Shown: positions 24,009 through 33,900 of the stretch, piece after piece
Layout of the letters: every line of letters starts with the position of its first letter
Numbering within the stretch: the stretch's first letter is position 1
From: a virus
Taxonomy: Duplodnaviria > Heunggongvirae > Uroviricota > Caudoviricetes
Virus record (IMG/VR): IMGVR_UViG_3300049482_000044
Coordinates: 64,001 to 115,231 of that record
Length of the DNA stretch: 51,231 nucleotides
Reading direction: 5' to 3' (one strand)
Translations under genes and position numbers: made by a program
The notes under the pieces: model-generated
Database searches by the model: none
What the model was told of the DNA's origin: nothing
The model's input: the letters and a program-made list of their open reading frames with translations, nothing else

Positions 24009-25265
24009 ATGAAGTTTAGCAAAGCGAATTTCGATATTAGTGGCAGTAGCCTAAAGTTCTCTGTCCCTATTATGAAGGTGGACCAGGAGCACCGAACGGT
24101 GTCTGGTTTCGCTACTCTAGATAACGTAGACCGCCAGGGAGACATTGTTTCCACGGCGGCGAGCCTAGATGCTTTTAGTGAGTTTCGTGGCAACCTGCGC
24201 GAAATGCACCAGTCAATTGCTGTAGGAAAGGTACTTACTTTCTCAGTAGAGGAGTTCTATGACCCTTCTGCAGACAATGGTTTAGGAAAAGTCTATAGCG
24301 GCATCTTTGTAACAGCCTACATTAGCAAGGGCGCTAATGATACGTGGGAAAAGGTTCTTGATGGAACCCTTTCTGGTTTTAGTATTGGCGGCGAGATCCT
24401 AGAGTCGGAAAACGTCTTTGACAAGGCTCTTGGTGTTATGGTTCGAATGATCACTAAGTACGCCCTAATTGAACTTTCGGTTGTTGATAGTCCTGCAAAC
24501 CAACTAGCGAATATTCTATCGGTTATAAAAAACGATGGAGTTATGACGCTGAAGGGTATTTCTGCCGACATCAAGACTGAAAATATTTTCTGGTGCAGTC
24601 AGCATCAGATTGCTGTAATAAAAGAAGCAGATGCTGCGGATTGTATCGATTGCGGTCGCCCAATGGAAAACATTGGCTGGGTCGAGTCGGATGATATCGA
24701 TAAGGCAGATGCGATTCGAACGCTGATTAAAAACTATTCAGCAGATTCGACTATCGAAAATACCCTTGGCGAAGGAGGTAAAAATATGCCAAACGAAGTA
24801 AATGACACGACAGAGGTTGAGGTTGTAGAGAAGTCTGTAACCGTAGACGAAGTTGTTGTCGAGGCGGCGGTCGAAGAGACAGTCGTAGAGGAAGTGGAGA
24901 AGGTTGCAGTGGCTGACGAAGTTGTCACCGAAGAGCCTGATCTTGCCAAGATGATCGGTGAAATCCGTGAACTTGTAACAAAGACCGTTGAGGAACGTGC
25001 CACCGAAAACGCCGAGGCTATTGCAGCAATTGCGAAGTCCGTGGCTGACAACTCAGCATCGTTCAATGAGGCTATCACAGCAATTACAGAGGCACAGAAG
25101 TCCCTGCTAGCAACTGTGGAGGGCCTAAGCACGGCAATCGAGTCAGTATCGAAGACGGTAACTGCAATCGATGAGGCCGATGCAATTAAGAAGTCTGGTG
25201 ACCTTGGCCGGTCAACAGAGGTAACAAAAAATAGTATCTGGGGCGACGTTTTCCGCGTACGCTAA
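24009..25265 (+). CDS. Prohead protease fused to scaffold-like region
   Basis: VSGFATLDNVDRQGD, LREMH, LSGFSIGG and LIELSVVDSPAN (HK97-type protease); acidic coiled-coil C-terminus. Confidence 0.9.
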   Translation: MKFSKANFDISGSSLKFSVPIMKVDQEHRTVSGFATLDNVDRQGDIVSTAASLDAFSEFRGNLREMHQSIAVGKVLTFSVEEFYDPSADNGLGKVYSGIFVTAYISKGANDTWEKVLDGTLSGFSIGGEILESENVFDKALGVMVRMITKYALIELSVVDSPANQLANILSVIKNDGVMTLKGISADIKTENIFWCSQHQIAVIKEADAADCIDCGRPMENIGWVESDDIDKADAIRTLIKNYSADSTIENTLGEGGKNMPNEVNDTTEVEVVEKSVTVDEVVVEAAVEETVVEEVEKVAVADEVVTEEPDLAKMIGEIRELVTKTVEERATENAEAIAAIAKSVADNSASFNEAITAITEAQKSLLATVEGLSTAIESVSKTVTAIDEADAIKKSGDLGRSTEVTKNSIWGDVFRVR

Positions 25266-25267
25266 CC

Positions 25268-25291
25268 AAAATCAGAAAAGGTAGGTGAAAT
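25268..25291 (+). promoter_or_regulatory. Conserved leader/RBS motif, copy 1 (major capsid)
   Basis: AAAATCAGAAAAGGTAGGTGAAAT; 23/24 identical to 29567-29590. Confidence 0.8.
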
Positions 25292-25296
25292 AATAA

Positions 25297-26283
25297 GTGA
25301 GCAACAATGAAATTCTAGAGAAGGTAACTACCACTACCGTTCTTTCGGCTGGTGCGGGTGGTCTGCTAAACGCAGAGCAGTCGGACAAGTTTATCGACTA
25401 CATGTGGGACGCAACCGTTCTTGCTAAGGAAGGCTTTGTAAAGCGTATGAAGGCAAACACTGCCGACATCGACAAGGTTGCCGTAGGATCGCGTATCGCG
25501 CGTCTGGCAACTGAAGCGACTGACGATGGTGTCAACGTCGTTCCTACATTCACGAAGATCTCTATCACGACGCGCAAGTTGCGTCTTGACTGGGAAGTTT
25601 CAACAGAATCAGTTGAGGACGGTATCGAGGGAAGCCTCGAAGACCACATCGCTCGCCTGATGGCAACTCAGTTCGGAAACGACGTTGAGGATCTAGCCAT
25701 TAACGGTGACACAGGTGGTTCCGGTCTTCTATCCGGTTTCAACGGATTCAAGAAGTTGGCGCTAACCAGCGGTCAGGTCGTGGACGCTCTTGGAGCAGGC
25801 CTAGACAAGGCTATCTTCAACAAGGCTATCAAGGCTATGCCTCGTAAGTACCTTCAGCGTCGTAATCAACTGCGATTCTACACAGGTAGCAACTTGCAGC
25901 AGGACTGGCTATATGCTCTGACAAACATCAGCACATCTCCATACACGATTGCAGAGGCTATCCTACAGGGTAACCCAACTGCCCGTGAAGGTGCTGCTGG
26001 TACTCAGATCAGCGAGCACGCATTCGGTATTCCTGTCAAGGAAGTTCCTCTATTCGATGAAACTCTTGTAGGTACATACTCTGGTACATCCGGTCAGCAC
26101 GGACACGTCGAACTGACGTTCCCTCAGAACCGTATCTGGGGTATCAAGCGTGAGGTCAAGGTTTACTCTAACTTCGCAGAGAAGAAGGACACAACCGAGT
26201 TCACCGCTTACATCCGTGTAGGTGTTCAGATCGAAAACGCTGACGCATATGTCATCGTGAAGAACGTAAAGGTAGCAACCTGA
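25297..26283 (+). CDS. Major capsid protein (HK97 fold)
   Basis: GGLLNAEQSDKFIDYMWD, KLRLDWEVSTES.ED, FGNDVEDLAINGD, GIPVKEVP; follows the protease gene. Confidence 0.92.
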   Translation: MSNNEILEKVTTTTVLSAGAGGLLNAEQSDKFIDYMWDATVLAKEGFVKRMKANTADIDKVAVGSRIARLATEATDDGVNVVPTFTKISITTRKLRLDWEVSTESVEDGIEGSLEDHIARLMATQFGNDVEDLAINGDTGGSGLLSGFNGFKKLALTSGQVVDALGAGLDKAIFNKAIKAMPRKYLQRRNQLRFYTGSNLQQDWLYALTNISTSPYTIAEAILQGNPTAREGAAGTQISEHAFGIPVKEVPLFDETLVGTYSGTSGQHGHVELTFPQNRIWGIKREVKVYSNFAEKKDTTEFTAYIRVGVQIENADAYVIVKNVKVAT

Positions 26284-26304
26284 TAACGGGTTGACACAAG
26301 CAAC

Positions 26305-26330
26305 AGGGCCGGGGCTTTTGCCCCGGTCCT
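26305..26330 (+). terminator. Intrinsic terminator after the capsid gene
   Basis: AGGGCCGGGGC-TTTT-GCCCCGGTCCT followed by TTGCATTT. Confidence 0.8.
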
Positions 26331-26358
26331 TTGCATTTGAACTTACAGATGCTATAAT
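26331..26358 (+). promoter_or_regulatory. Sigma70-like promoter
   Basis: TTGCAT-16 nt-TATAAT with TG extension, directly after the terminator. Confidence 0.7.
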
Positions 26359-26381
26359 TACATGAACCGAAAGGAAATAAA

Positions 26382-26792
26382 ATGGCTTTCAAGACACATA
26401 CTGTGAAAGAACTAAAGGAAGTTGCCGAGTATTTCGGCGTAGAACTGGACAATGTCAAGGGCAAGGATGCTTTGATCGCTGCAATTGAGGGCGACGGGGT
26501 AGAGTATGCTGACGCTGTCAAGTTTGTTCTAACGCCAGAAGTAGACGATGACGCCGAGGAAGTTGTTGAGCAGCCAGTAGTAGCGGCACCCGCTCCGACT
26601 GGGCCATCGCTAGTTGTAAGAATGACTCGACAGAATGCACGTTATGATGCCGAGGCAGGCGGACGTCTTTACACATTCACAAAGGAAAATCCTTACTGTG
26701 TAATGCCAGAGGCAGATGCAGAAATTATCACTGACCGCGAGGAAGGCTTCAGGATCGCAAGTCCATCAGAAGTCCGCGAATTTTACGGGTGA
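26382..26792 (+). CDS. Hypothetical protein with N-terminal HeH/Rho-N-like helical motif
   Basis: TVKELKEVAEYFGVEL...KDALIAAI; AAAGGA RBS. Confidence 0.7.
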   Translation: MAFKTHTVKELKEVAEYFGVELDNVKGKDALIAAIEGDGVEYADAVKFVLTPEVDDDAEEVVEQPVVAAPAPTGPSLVVRMTRQNARYDAEAGGRLYTFTKENPYCVMPEADAEIITDREEGFRIASPSEVREFYG

Positions 26793-26808
26793 GACGGAGT
26801 CCCAGTAA

Positions 26809-27741
26809 GTGACCGAAATATATAAGAATACCAGTCAAGATATATTCATAGATTTCTATAATCCTGCTACTGGGACTCCCACAGCCACGCTCGTTCGCGC
26901 TGACGCTACCACGCTTGGCCTTACTGTAATTCCGCGTACCCCCGCGCTCAATAACGCTAGTAGCACCTGGCAGGCCACCATTCCTCTTTCAGAGACGGGG
27001 TCTGAGTCGGAAGTATCTGTAACCTGGGTTGCAACAGTTTCTGCTGTATCGACAACCATTAATCGCTACTACTCAATTGCTACTCCATATGCCTCTCCCT
27101 ACCAGATTGCTAGTAGGCTGGGGTGGCAATTCGATGACCCCGCCAATGCTGGGTATCAGGATTATGACAGGCTGGTAGCCGCCGAACTTATTTCTCGGAC
27201 TCTAATCGAGCAGATTGCAGATCAGAAATTTGGCACAATTACAAAAACCGTAACGGGGTGGGGGCAGAATACAGATGTCCTTACTCTACCTGACCGTATC
27301 ATCAATATCAAAAAGATCTATCAGGATGACGAACTTATCTATGATGCAACGGTCGGACCAGTTTACAACTACTGGGGCTACGACTTTGCAGTCACGGACA
27401 CTAATTTCGCCATCAGGCTGAAGTATGCTGGCATAAACTTTAATGAGTCCGAGCAGGCCTCGCTTGTATATAACGGCGGTAGTTTCAAGCAGGGTAGCCG
27501 CTATTCCGTATATGGAGATTACGGACACAACTACGTACCAGATGCCATATTCGAAGCAACCATCCTTATCGTAAATGACTTGATGTGCCAGGACTCAGTT
27601 TATCGCTCTAGGTACATAAATAACGTTCAGGTGAAGGATTGGAAGTTCACCTATAACGCGATGACTTGGCTAGGGACCGGCAACGCTCTTGCTGACGGTT
27701 TGATCGCTAGTCAAAAAATACAGCCAGTTTGGGTAATCTAA
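26809..27741 (+). CDS. Head-to-tail adaptor (putative)
   Basis: Position after the capsid gene; PYAS..QI, YSVYGDYG..YVPDAI.EA..L motifs. Confidence 0.7.
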   Translation: MTEIYKNTSQDIFIDFYNPATGTPTATLVRADATTLGLTVIPRTPALNNASSTWQATIPLSETGSESEVSVTWVATVSAVSTTINRYYSIATPYASPYQIASRLGWQFDDPANAGYQDYDRLVAAELISRTLIEQIADQKFGTITKTVTGWGQNTDVLTLPDRIINIKKIYQDDELIYDATVGPVYNYWGYDFAVTDTNFAIRLKYAGINFNESEQASLVYNGGSFKQGSRYSVYGDYGHNYVPDAIFEATILIVNDLMCQDSVYRSRYINNVQVKDWKFTYNAMTWLGTGNALADGLIASQKIQPVWVI

Positions 27742-28170
27742 ATGTACGGCTGTTTGGCGGGAGCAAATTATACTATGACGGCTGACATACTGGAACCTAC
27801 CGCTACCCAGAATGCAATGACCGGCCAGATCGAGAAAGTATGGTCAGTCACTCAGAGTATAAAATGCTATGCAGAATCCATCCTTACCGATGCTGTTTCT
27901 GATGACTCATCCGGAAAGCAGTTTACCGGTAAGGAGTATTCAGAGTATGAGTATATTGGTATTAAGGCTGGCACCCCGCTTTCTAAGCGCACCAGGATTC
28001 AGAATATTCGTGGCGCTGACGGATCATCCCTGTGGCCTCAATATGAACGACCATCGCATTCAATGGTCTTTGAGGTACAGGGATGCATCCCGTTGCTGAA
28101 TCCATTTGGCGCTGTGATGCAGTACAAGATTCTCGCCAAGAGAATAGAGATCCAGGATGCCCAAGCCTGA
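27742..28170 (+). CDS. Head-to-tail stopper (putative)
   Basis: 142 aa; TADILEP..TQ..TGQI.K.W; synteny. Confidence 0.65.
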   Translation: MYGCLAGANYTMTADILEPTATQNAMTGQIEKVWSVTQSIKCYAESILTDAVSDDSSGKQFTGKEYSEYEYIGIKAGTPLSKRTRIQNIRGADGSSLWPQYERPSHSMVFEVQGCIPLLNPFGAVMQYKILAKRIEIQDAQA

Positions 28171-28978
28171 GGTTCGACTTCCGGCTCATTTAACGGCGGG
28201 TGGTAAGAATATTACTGTTCACACCAATCTTGCAGAGGCAGTATCTGGCGCTCTGTATTATGAACTGATGGTTGCGTGGCACGCTGGCGGAAGCCCCGAG
28301 GCCATGCGTAAATACAACGATAAGATCTACCAGGACGTCGACAAGAATTTCGGAAAATATCTCGATTCTCGCGCGAGACTAATGCCTAAGAAATACCACC
28401 ATGTTTATGAGTGGGGCGCGGTCGGGACTAAAACAGGCAGGCTGTGGCGCGTTCGTAAGCGCAACAACGGTGACGCCTCGATGTATCTTAGATATGACTT
28501 TCTTACCAGCAAGAAGGTAGCGCCTATTCACCCGAGTTTGAAGATCCCCGGCCCGAACGGCAAGGTGGTTAAACGCTCAACAGTATTCAAAAATAAGGCA
28601 TTCATCATGGATGAGGGAATCCCTGTAACAATAAGACTAAAAGAGGCCAAGTGGCTAGCCATGCCAGAGACTTATACCTTTGAGAAAAAGCAGGGTATAA
28701 TTTTTAGCAAGGGCCCTGTTACGGTAAAGTTCCCTGGTGGTCCAGATGTAAGGTTTAGTTTTGCTAGAACCTTTTCTGGATATTTCTCCTCGGGGCTGGC
28801 TGTTAAGCAACTAAAGGCGTCCGGGGTGTTAGACACACCGGCAAGACTTACCCGGCTTGCTGGCAATGATGTTCCTTCGGCTATCTATTCTGCTAGTGCA
28901 GCCAGCCGTGGTATTAACAAGGCCGGTATAGAAGCAATGGCTAGGCGAAACGTAGAAAGATATTCTGGGAGGCAGTAA
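28157..28978 (+). CDS. Neck/tail completion protein (putative)
   Basis: Basic 273-aa protein between the stopper and terminator; synteny. Confidence 0.55.
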   Translation: MPKPEVRLPAHLTAGGKNITVHTNLAEAVSGALYYELMVAWHAGGSPEAMRKYNDKIYQDVDKNFGKYLDSRARLMPKKYHHVYEWGAVGTKTGRLWRVRKRNNGDASMYLRYDFLTSKKVAPIHPSLKIPGPNGKVVKRSTVFKNKAFIMDEGIPVTIRLKEAKWLAMPETYTFEKKQGIIFSKGPVTVKFPGGPDVRFSFARTFSGYFSSGLAVKQLKASGVLDTPARLTRLAGNDVPSAIYSASAASRGINKAGIEAMARRNVERYSGRQ

Positions 28979-29502
28979 TGACAAGTAAATACGATTATGC
29001 GGCGGTGTACGATGTCAATAAATACCTGTGGTCAAGAATCACCTCAGCAGGGGTGCTCGCAACATCTTCTTATACCCTTCCTGATCTCGGAATTACTATT
29101 GTTCCCATCGTCCCTGTTCAAGAGGTTCCTGAACTGTCTAATCACCTAGATAGTAATCCATATATTGTTTATGATGTGATGACCACTAAGAATAGCGTTT
29201 CTTCTGAGGATGCTTGGTGGCACGAGCGGGATGAAGTGACTTATGCTATCTATGCTCCCAGCACCGCCAAACTAAATGAGATAGTGAACTGTATCAAGGA
29301 CAGTTTCCGACAGATGGATCAGTCAGCGGCAAGAATTCAATTGACCGCCGGAATCAGCAATAAGTTTTGGTTTCATACCACAGACATAGAGTGGACCGAA
29401 AACTCCAAGGGTGGTAAAGATGAATCGGGCAGGCTGGTCGCAGAGGTGCAGGTTTGCTATAACTACAGCCGTAAATCAGACTCGACCGGACAATACGAAT
29501 AA
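28978..29502 (+). CDS. Tail terminator (putative)
   Basis: 174 aa; PYIVYD...TYAIY motif; directly before the major tail gene. Confidence 0.65.
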   Translation: MTSKYDYAAVYDVNKYLWSRITSAGVLATSSYTLPDLGITIVPIVPVQEVPELSNHLDSNPYIVYDVMTTKNSVSSEDAWWHERDEVTYAIYAPSTAKLNEIVNCIKDSFRQMDQSAARIQLTAGISNKFWFHTTDIEWTENSKGGKDESGRLVAEVQVCYNYSRKSDSTGQYE

Positions 29503-29503
29503 T

Positions 29504-29532
29504 TTGCTTTTTAGTCGGTTTGGACCTATTAT
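29504..29532 (+). promoter_or_regulatory. Sigma70-like promoter for the major tail gene
   Basis: TTGCTT-17 nt-TATTAT. Confidence 0.55.
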
Positions 29533-29566
29533 CAAGCGAACGCGGAAAATGCCTAGCCAGCAACAA

Positions 29567-29590
29567 AAAATCTGAAAAGGTAGGTGAAAT
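29567..29590 (+). promoter_or_regulatory. Conserved leader/RBS motif, copy 2 (major tail)
   Basis: AAAATCTGAAAAGGTAGGTGAAAT. Confidence 0.8.
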
Positions 29591-29597
29591 TTAAAAC

Positions 29598-30221
29598 ATG
29601 GCAGCAACATCACGTAACGTTATTGTTGGTGCAGCCCAGATCTTCCTTTCTGTCGCAACGAAGAAGGATGGTACGGCAGCAGCAGCATATCCAACACTTT
29701 CTGGTTCCGTTTCAGCAGCAGTAACACTGACCGCTGATACAACTAACTGGCGAGACGTTGGTTACACAACCGATGGTCTAGAACTCATGTATGAGCCACA
29801 GTACGGAGAGGTTGTAGTTGACCAGGCACTTGACGCAGTTCAATTGTTCAAGCAGTCAATGAAGGTAAGCCTTAAGACTACTATGTCCGAGGCAACCCTC
29901 GAAAACCTGTTCGTCGCATTCAACCAGACAACTGGACTTGTGCGTACAGACGCGGACAACGCATCTCTTGAAGTACAGGGTGGAACGCTCGGAGAATATC
30001 CATCAGAGCGCTCATTCATCGCAGTCGGTGGTGCGCCTCGCCCAACTCTGGGCTCGGCAAACTCGCAGCGTCTATACTACGCCGCTCGTGTTATGAACGT
30101 AGAATCTTCAAGCCACTCAATGAAGCGTAATGAAGAGACTAAGGTTCCTGTAAGTTTGCGTCTACTACCGTTGGCTTCGACATCGAACGCTTATGGTCGT
30201 ATCGTAGATCGTTCTTACTGA
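29598..30221 (+). CDS. Major tail protein
   Basis: RNVIVGAAQIF, WRDVGYTTDGLELMYEP and TTMSEATLENL motifs of siphovirus tail tube proteins. Confidence 0.88.
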   Translation: MAATSRNVIVGAAQIFLSVATKKDGTAAAAYPTLSGSVSAAVTLTADTTNWRDVGYTTDGLELMYEPQYGEVVVDQALDAVQLFKQSMKVSLKTTMSEATLENLFVAFNQTTGLVRTDADNASLEVQGGTLGEYPSERSFIAVGGAPRPTLGSANSQRLYYAARVMNVESSSHSMKRNEETKVPVSLRLLPLASTSNAYGRIVDRSY

Positions 30222-30243
30222 TCGATAACATAGACAAGCAATC

Positions 30244-30269
30244 GCCCGCCCCTTCGGAGGCGGGCTTTT
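30244..30269 (+). terminator. Intrinsic terminator after the major tail gene
   Basis: GCCCGCCCC-TTCG-GAGGCGGGC followed by TTTT. Confidence 0.85.
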
Positions 30270-30272
30270 GCT

Positions 30273-30301
30273 TTGCCTTTTACGACTTCTTTTGTTACAA
30301 T
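30273..30301 (+). promoter_or_regulatory. Sigma70-like promoter
   Basis: TTGCCT-17 nt-TACAAT with TG extension. Confidence 0.65.
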
Positions 30302-30327
30302 TCTTTTATGACAAGTTGGAGGAAGTA

Positions 30328-30678
30328 ATGGCAAAGCCAAGTAGCATCAACAAGGTTACGCTACAGGATGGTACAGAAGTTGAACTTCGCCCCCTAAACA
30401 TTAAGTTATTCAGAAAGTTTCAAGAGCGCTGGACCGAAATGATCGAGAACAGCGGCGACCTGGATGTTCTAGACAGAGTAGACGATCTAATTGACCTCGC
30501 GGTGATTTGTGTCTCGCGCGAGATCGGTGAAAACGCCACTAACCGCGAGTGGCTAGAGGATGTGCTTGATTTCGATATCATCTACACAATCCTGAAGGAC
30601 TGTGCTGATGTGGATTTAAAACCGACGAACGTCGTAGCGACGGCGACAGCGGCAGTAAGTGGTCAGACTTCGATCTAA
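30328..30678 (+). CDS. Tail assembly chaperone (G-like)
   Basis: Start at ATG 30328 after GGAGG (not 30268); lies between the major tail and tape measure genes. Confidence 0.85.
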   Translation: MAKPSSINKVTLQDGTEVELRPLNIKLFRKFQERWTEMIENSGDLDVLDRVDDLIDLAVICVSREIGENATNREWLEDVLDFDIIYTILKDCADVDLKPTNVVATATAAVSGQTSI

Positions 30679-30956
30679 TCGGACATGAGGCGGAAGCCAT
30701 GTGGACGGGCTCGTGGAAAACAATTGATGAATTGGAGGAGTGTCTAACGCTCGATCAACTGCTCAAGATAGTAGAGGCAGGCCGTAAAAAGGAAAATCGG
30801 CTGTTTAAGATAATTCTTGCATCTGCTGGGGCGGAAGTTGATTGGGATGACGATCCAGATAACGAAAACGATATCATAGATGATATCGCTAGGGGTGGCG
30901 TCGTAGATAGCGATGGGCAGTTCCTAGACTTTGGGATCGGATACGAAATAGAATAA
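30615..30956 (+). CDS. Tail assembly chaperone extension (GT-like) via -1 programmed frameshift
   Basis: Slippery T TTA AAA at 30615-30621; the -1 frame is open (KTDERRSDGDSGSKWSDFDLIGHEAEAMWTGSWK...) and continuous with ORF 30699-30956. Confidence 0.85.
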   Translation, partial: FKTDERRSDGDSGSKWSDFDLIGHEAEAMWTGSWKTIDELEECLTLDQLLKIVEAGRKKENRLFKIILASAGAEVDWDDDPDNENDIIDDIARGGVVDSDGQFLDFGIGYEIE

Positions 30957-30957
30957 T

Positions 30958-33900
30958 ATGGCTGTAGTACAAGTAGAATTCAGAGCAAACGCTAACTTCT
31001 CCGACCTAATCGCCCAGACAAATGCCGCGAATGCTTCCGTTAAGGCTCTGAATGCATCATTCGGGTCGCTACAAAAGCAGAAGATCGATAGCATTGTCAA
31101 TGCGTTTAATCAATCATTGACGAGTAGCGGTCAGTACACAGCCCAGACCGTTAGACTTACCAGCGAAGCAGAGCGCTTTGGCAAGGCACTAGACAGGCAG
31201 AAACTATCACTAAGAGACTACCACCGAGAGTACCAGTCATTTAAGCAGACTCAGGGCGGTATGATTCGTGAACTCGCCCGTCAGCAGACCATGCTAGAGC
31301 GCTCTGTCGTTGTTTCTCGTGGCCGTGACGCCCAGGGTCGTACTCTGGCTGACGTTATTACTCCTACAGGCCTAGATAACGGCATAGCGACAAAGGCTAT
31401 GCAGGCCCGCAAGGAACTCCAGATTATGAACAAGGTTCTTAATGATGGGGCAACCTCGCTGATCAACTGGGGTAAGAATACTCAGTGGGCCGGTCGTCAG
31501 TTGACCGTTGGACTTACCGTTCCTTTGACGATCCTTGGTGGAGCCGCTGCAAAGATGGCATACGACCTTGATATGCAGATGACCAAGGTTGTCAAGGTTT
31601 ATGGTAACTCTATCAATGCGATGATGACCGCACCAGAAGTAACTGCTCTTAAGAGCCAGTTGACCGACCTAGCGAAGCAAATTGCTCAGACATACGGCCA
31701 GTCCGCCACAGACACGCTTGACCTGGCCGCTCAATTAGCGGCGGCGGGCAAGACGGGAAGTGACCTTACTGCCTCTATTACTCAGACAACCAAACTAGCC
31801 ACGCTTGGTGAAATTGACCGTGCCGATGCTATGGCTGCTACTCTGTCAATTCAGACAGCATTCAAGCAGTCGAACGCTGAACTAGCCGATAGCATTAACT
31901 TCCTGAACGCCGTAGAAAACCAGACATCCAGCAGCCTGCAGGACTTTGTTGAGGCTATTCCAAAGACCGGCCCTATCATCAAGGGTCTTGGTGGAGATAT
32001 CAAGGATCTTGCACTGATGATGGTTGCTATGAAGGAAGGTGGTGTTCCCGCCACCGAGGCTGCCAACGCTATCAAGTCTGGTTTGTCCAGTCTGATTAAC
32101 CCAACTCGCAACGCGCGCGACGCCCTTTCTGGTTATGGTATTTCAATGGACAAGATCCAGAAGGATTCCGGCGGAAAGATGATGCCGATGATCCTTGGAT
32201 TCAAGAAGGCTATTGATGGACTAGACACTTTCAGCCGCAGTCAGGTGCTTGAAAAGGTATTCGGAAAGATGCAGTTCGCTCGTATGTCTGCCATGTTTAG
32301 TAACATTGGCGAGGCGGGCAGCCAGACAGTTGAGGTAATGAAACTAATGGGTGCCTCTACTGAGCAACTAGCCGGAATTGCTGACTCCGAGTTAAAGGCT
32401 CTGAGCAACTCTATTTCTGGTCAGTTCAACCGCGCGCTTGAATCAATGAAGGTAAACCTCGCTAGCGTCGGTGATGAATTCCTGGTACTAGGAACCAAGG
32501 CCCTACAGGGACTTAACTGGATTTTCGACAAGTTCGACTCACTTCCAGATATCGTTAAGAAGGCTCTAGGAGGGCTGGGACTTGGAGTAGCCATTATTGG
32601 TCCGGTCATTATGACAGTCGGTGTGCTCGGAAACCTTGTCGGATACTTGATCAAGGGCTTTGCTTGGTTCAAGTCGTTTGGTAATTCTGGCGTCCGCGCC
32701 TTTGGCCTTCTGAATGCCGAAATGGTTGCAACGAAGCACGCTGGTGACCTACTTGAAAAATCCATGTTCAACCAGTCAGAAGCAGCGAATGTTCTTAATG
32801 CTTCTATCGAAAAACTAATTGCATCGCTAGCAGGTGTCGGACCAGTCGCGTCCAATTCTGGTAAGGCTATGGTTAATGCCATCAATGAATCGCAGGCTGC
32901 AGCAACCCGTGCCACTATGGCTGATCATGAGAAGCAGGCTTTTGCGCGTCAAGGCCAGGTGTATATTAACCCAATTCATTCGCCATCTACAAGTGTGGAT
33001 ATGTTCAATGTTGGGGAAGTTTCCCACTTTAGCCCCACATCTCACAAGGATGAGAGCGTGCATGGTATATCGAATAAGAAACTTATTGCTGGGTCGTCCC
33101 TTGTAACTCCTGAGGCTGCTTACATGTTCCAGCGAGAGGCAAAGGACTCTTTCCATGCCCAGTTCATGAACGAAAAAACAGTGACTGATGTCGAGCGAAA
33201 GGCTGTTCTGCAAAAGATGGTTGCGGAAATTAAGGCACCCGCACAAAAGGCTGCGGCGCAGGGATGGCTTGATAAGACCGGCCCAGAGGGCCGTGCACAA
33301 CTATTGCCGACAATTCAAGCAGTGAAGGGTATTAATGCTAAGTACGTAGCACAACTTCAGGCGCTGGCTACGATGTCTAAGGATGATCTACGACTGCTAC
33401 GGGTTGGTATGGACGCCGACGTTAAGCAAAATGGCAGGACCAGGCAGCAGGCGCTGGCGGCTGCCATGAAGGGAATTAATTCGACTGCCTTCCATAATGA
33501 AATAGTCGCACAAATTGATTCTATTAATGCTTCTGAAAAGGATGCTATTGTCGCTGCTAGAAAGATCTCTCTATACCTAGATGATCTAGAGGCACGCGCG
33601 CGCGCGGCTATGAAGGCTACCTCCGGATTGAAGAACGGGTCTCTTGGTTTTAGCAATGACGGTAGACGGGGTTATGGTGTTGCTAGTGGAATGATGGCAA
33701 ACCTTACAAATGAGTATAATACTGCAAATATGTCTCCAGAGAATAGGGCGCGCGCTGCTGCAATTGCGGTGAGAGGGTCTACTGGTGCTGATCTAACTAC
33801 CGCCCGTGCAGAATACAAGGCTGCGATGCAGGCGCTCGATGCATCCAGAGAGCAGGAGCGGGCCGCTAGATTGCAGTCTCGTGCTGCTGCTATGCAATTG

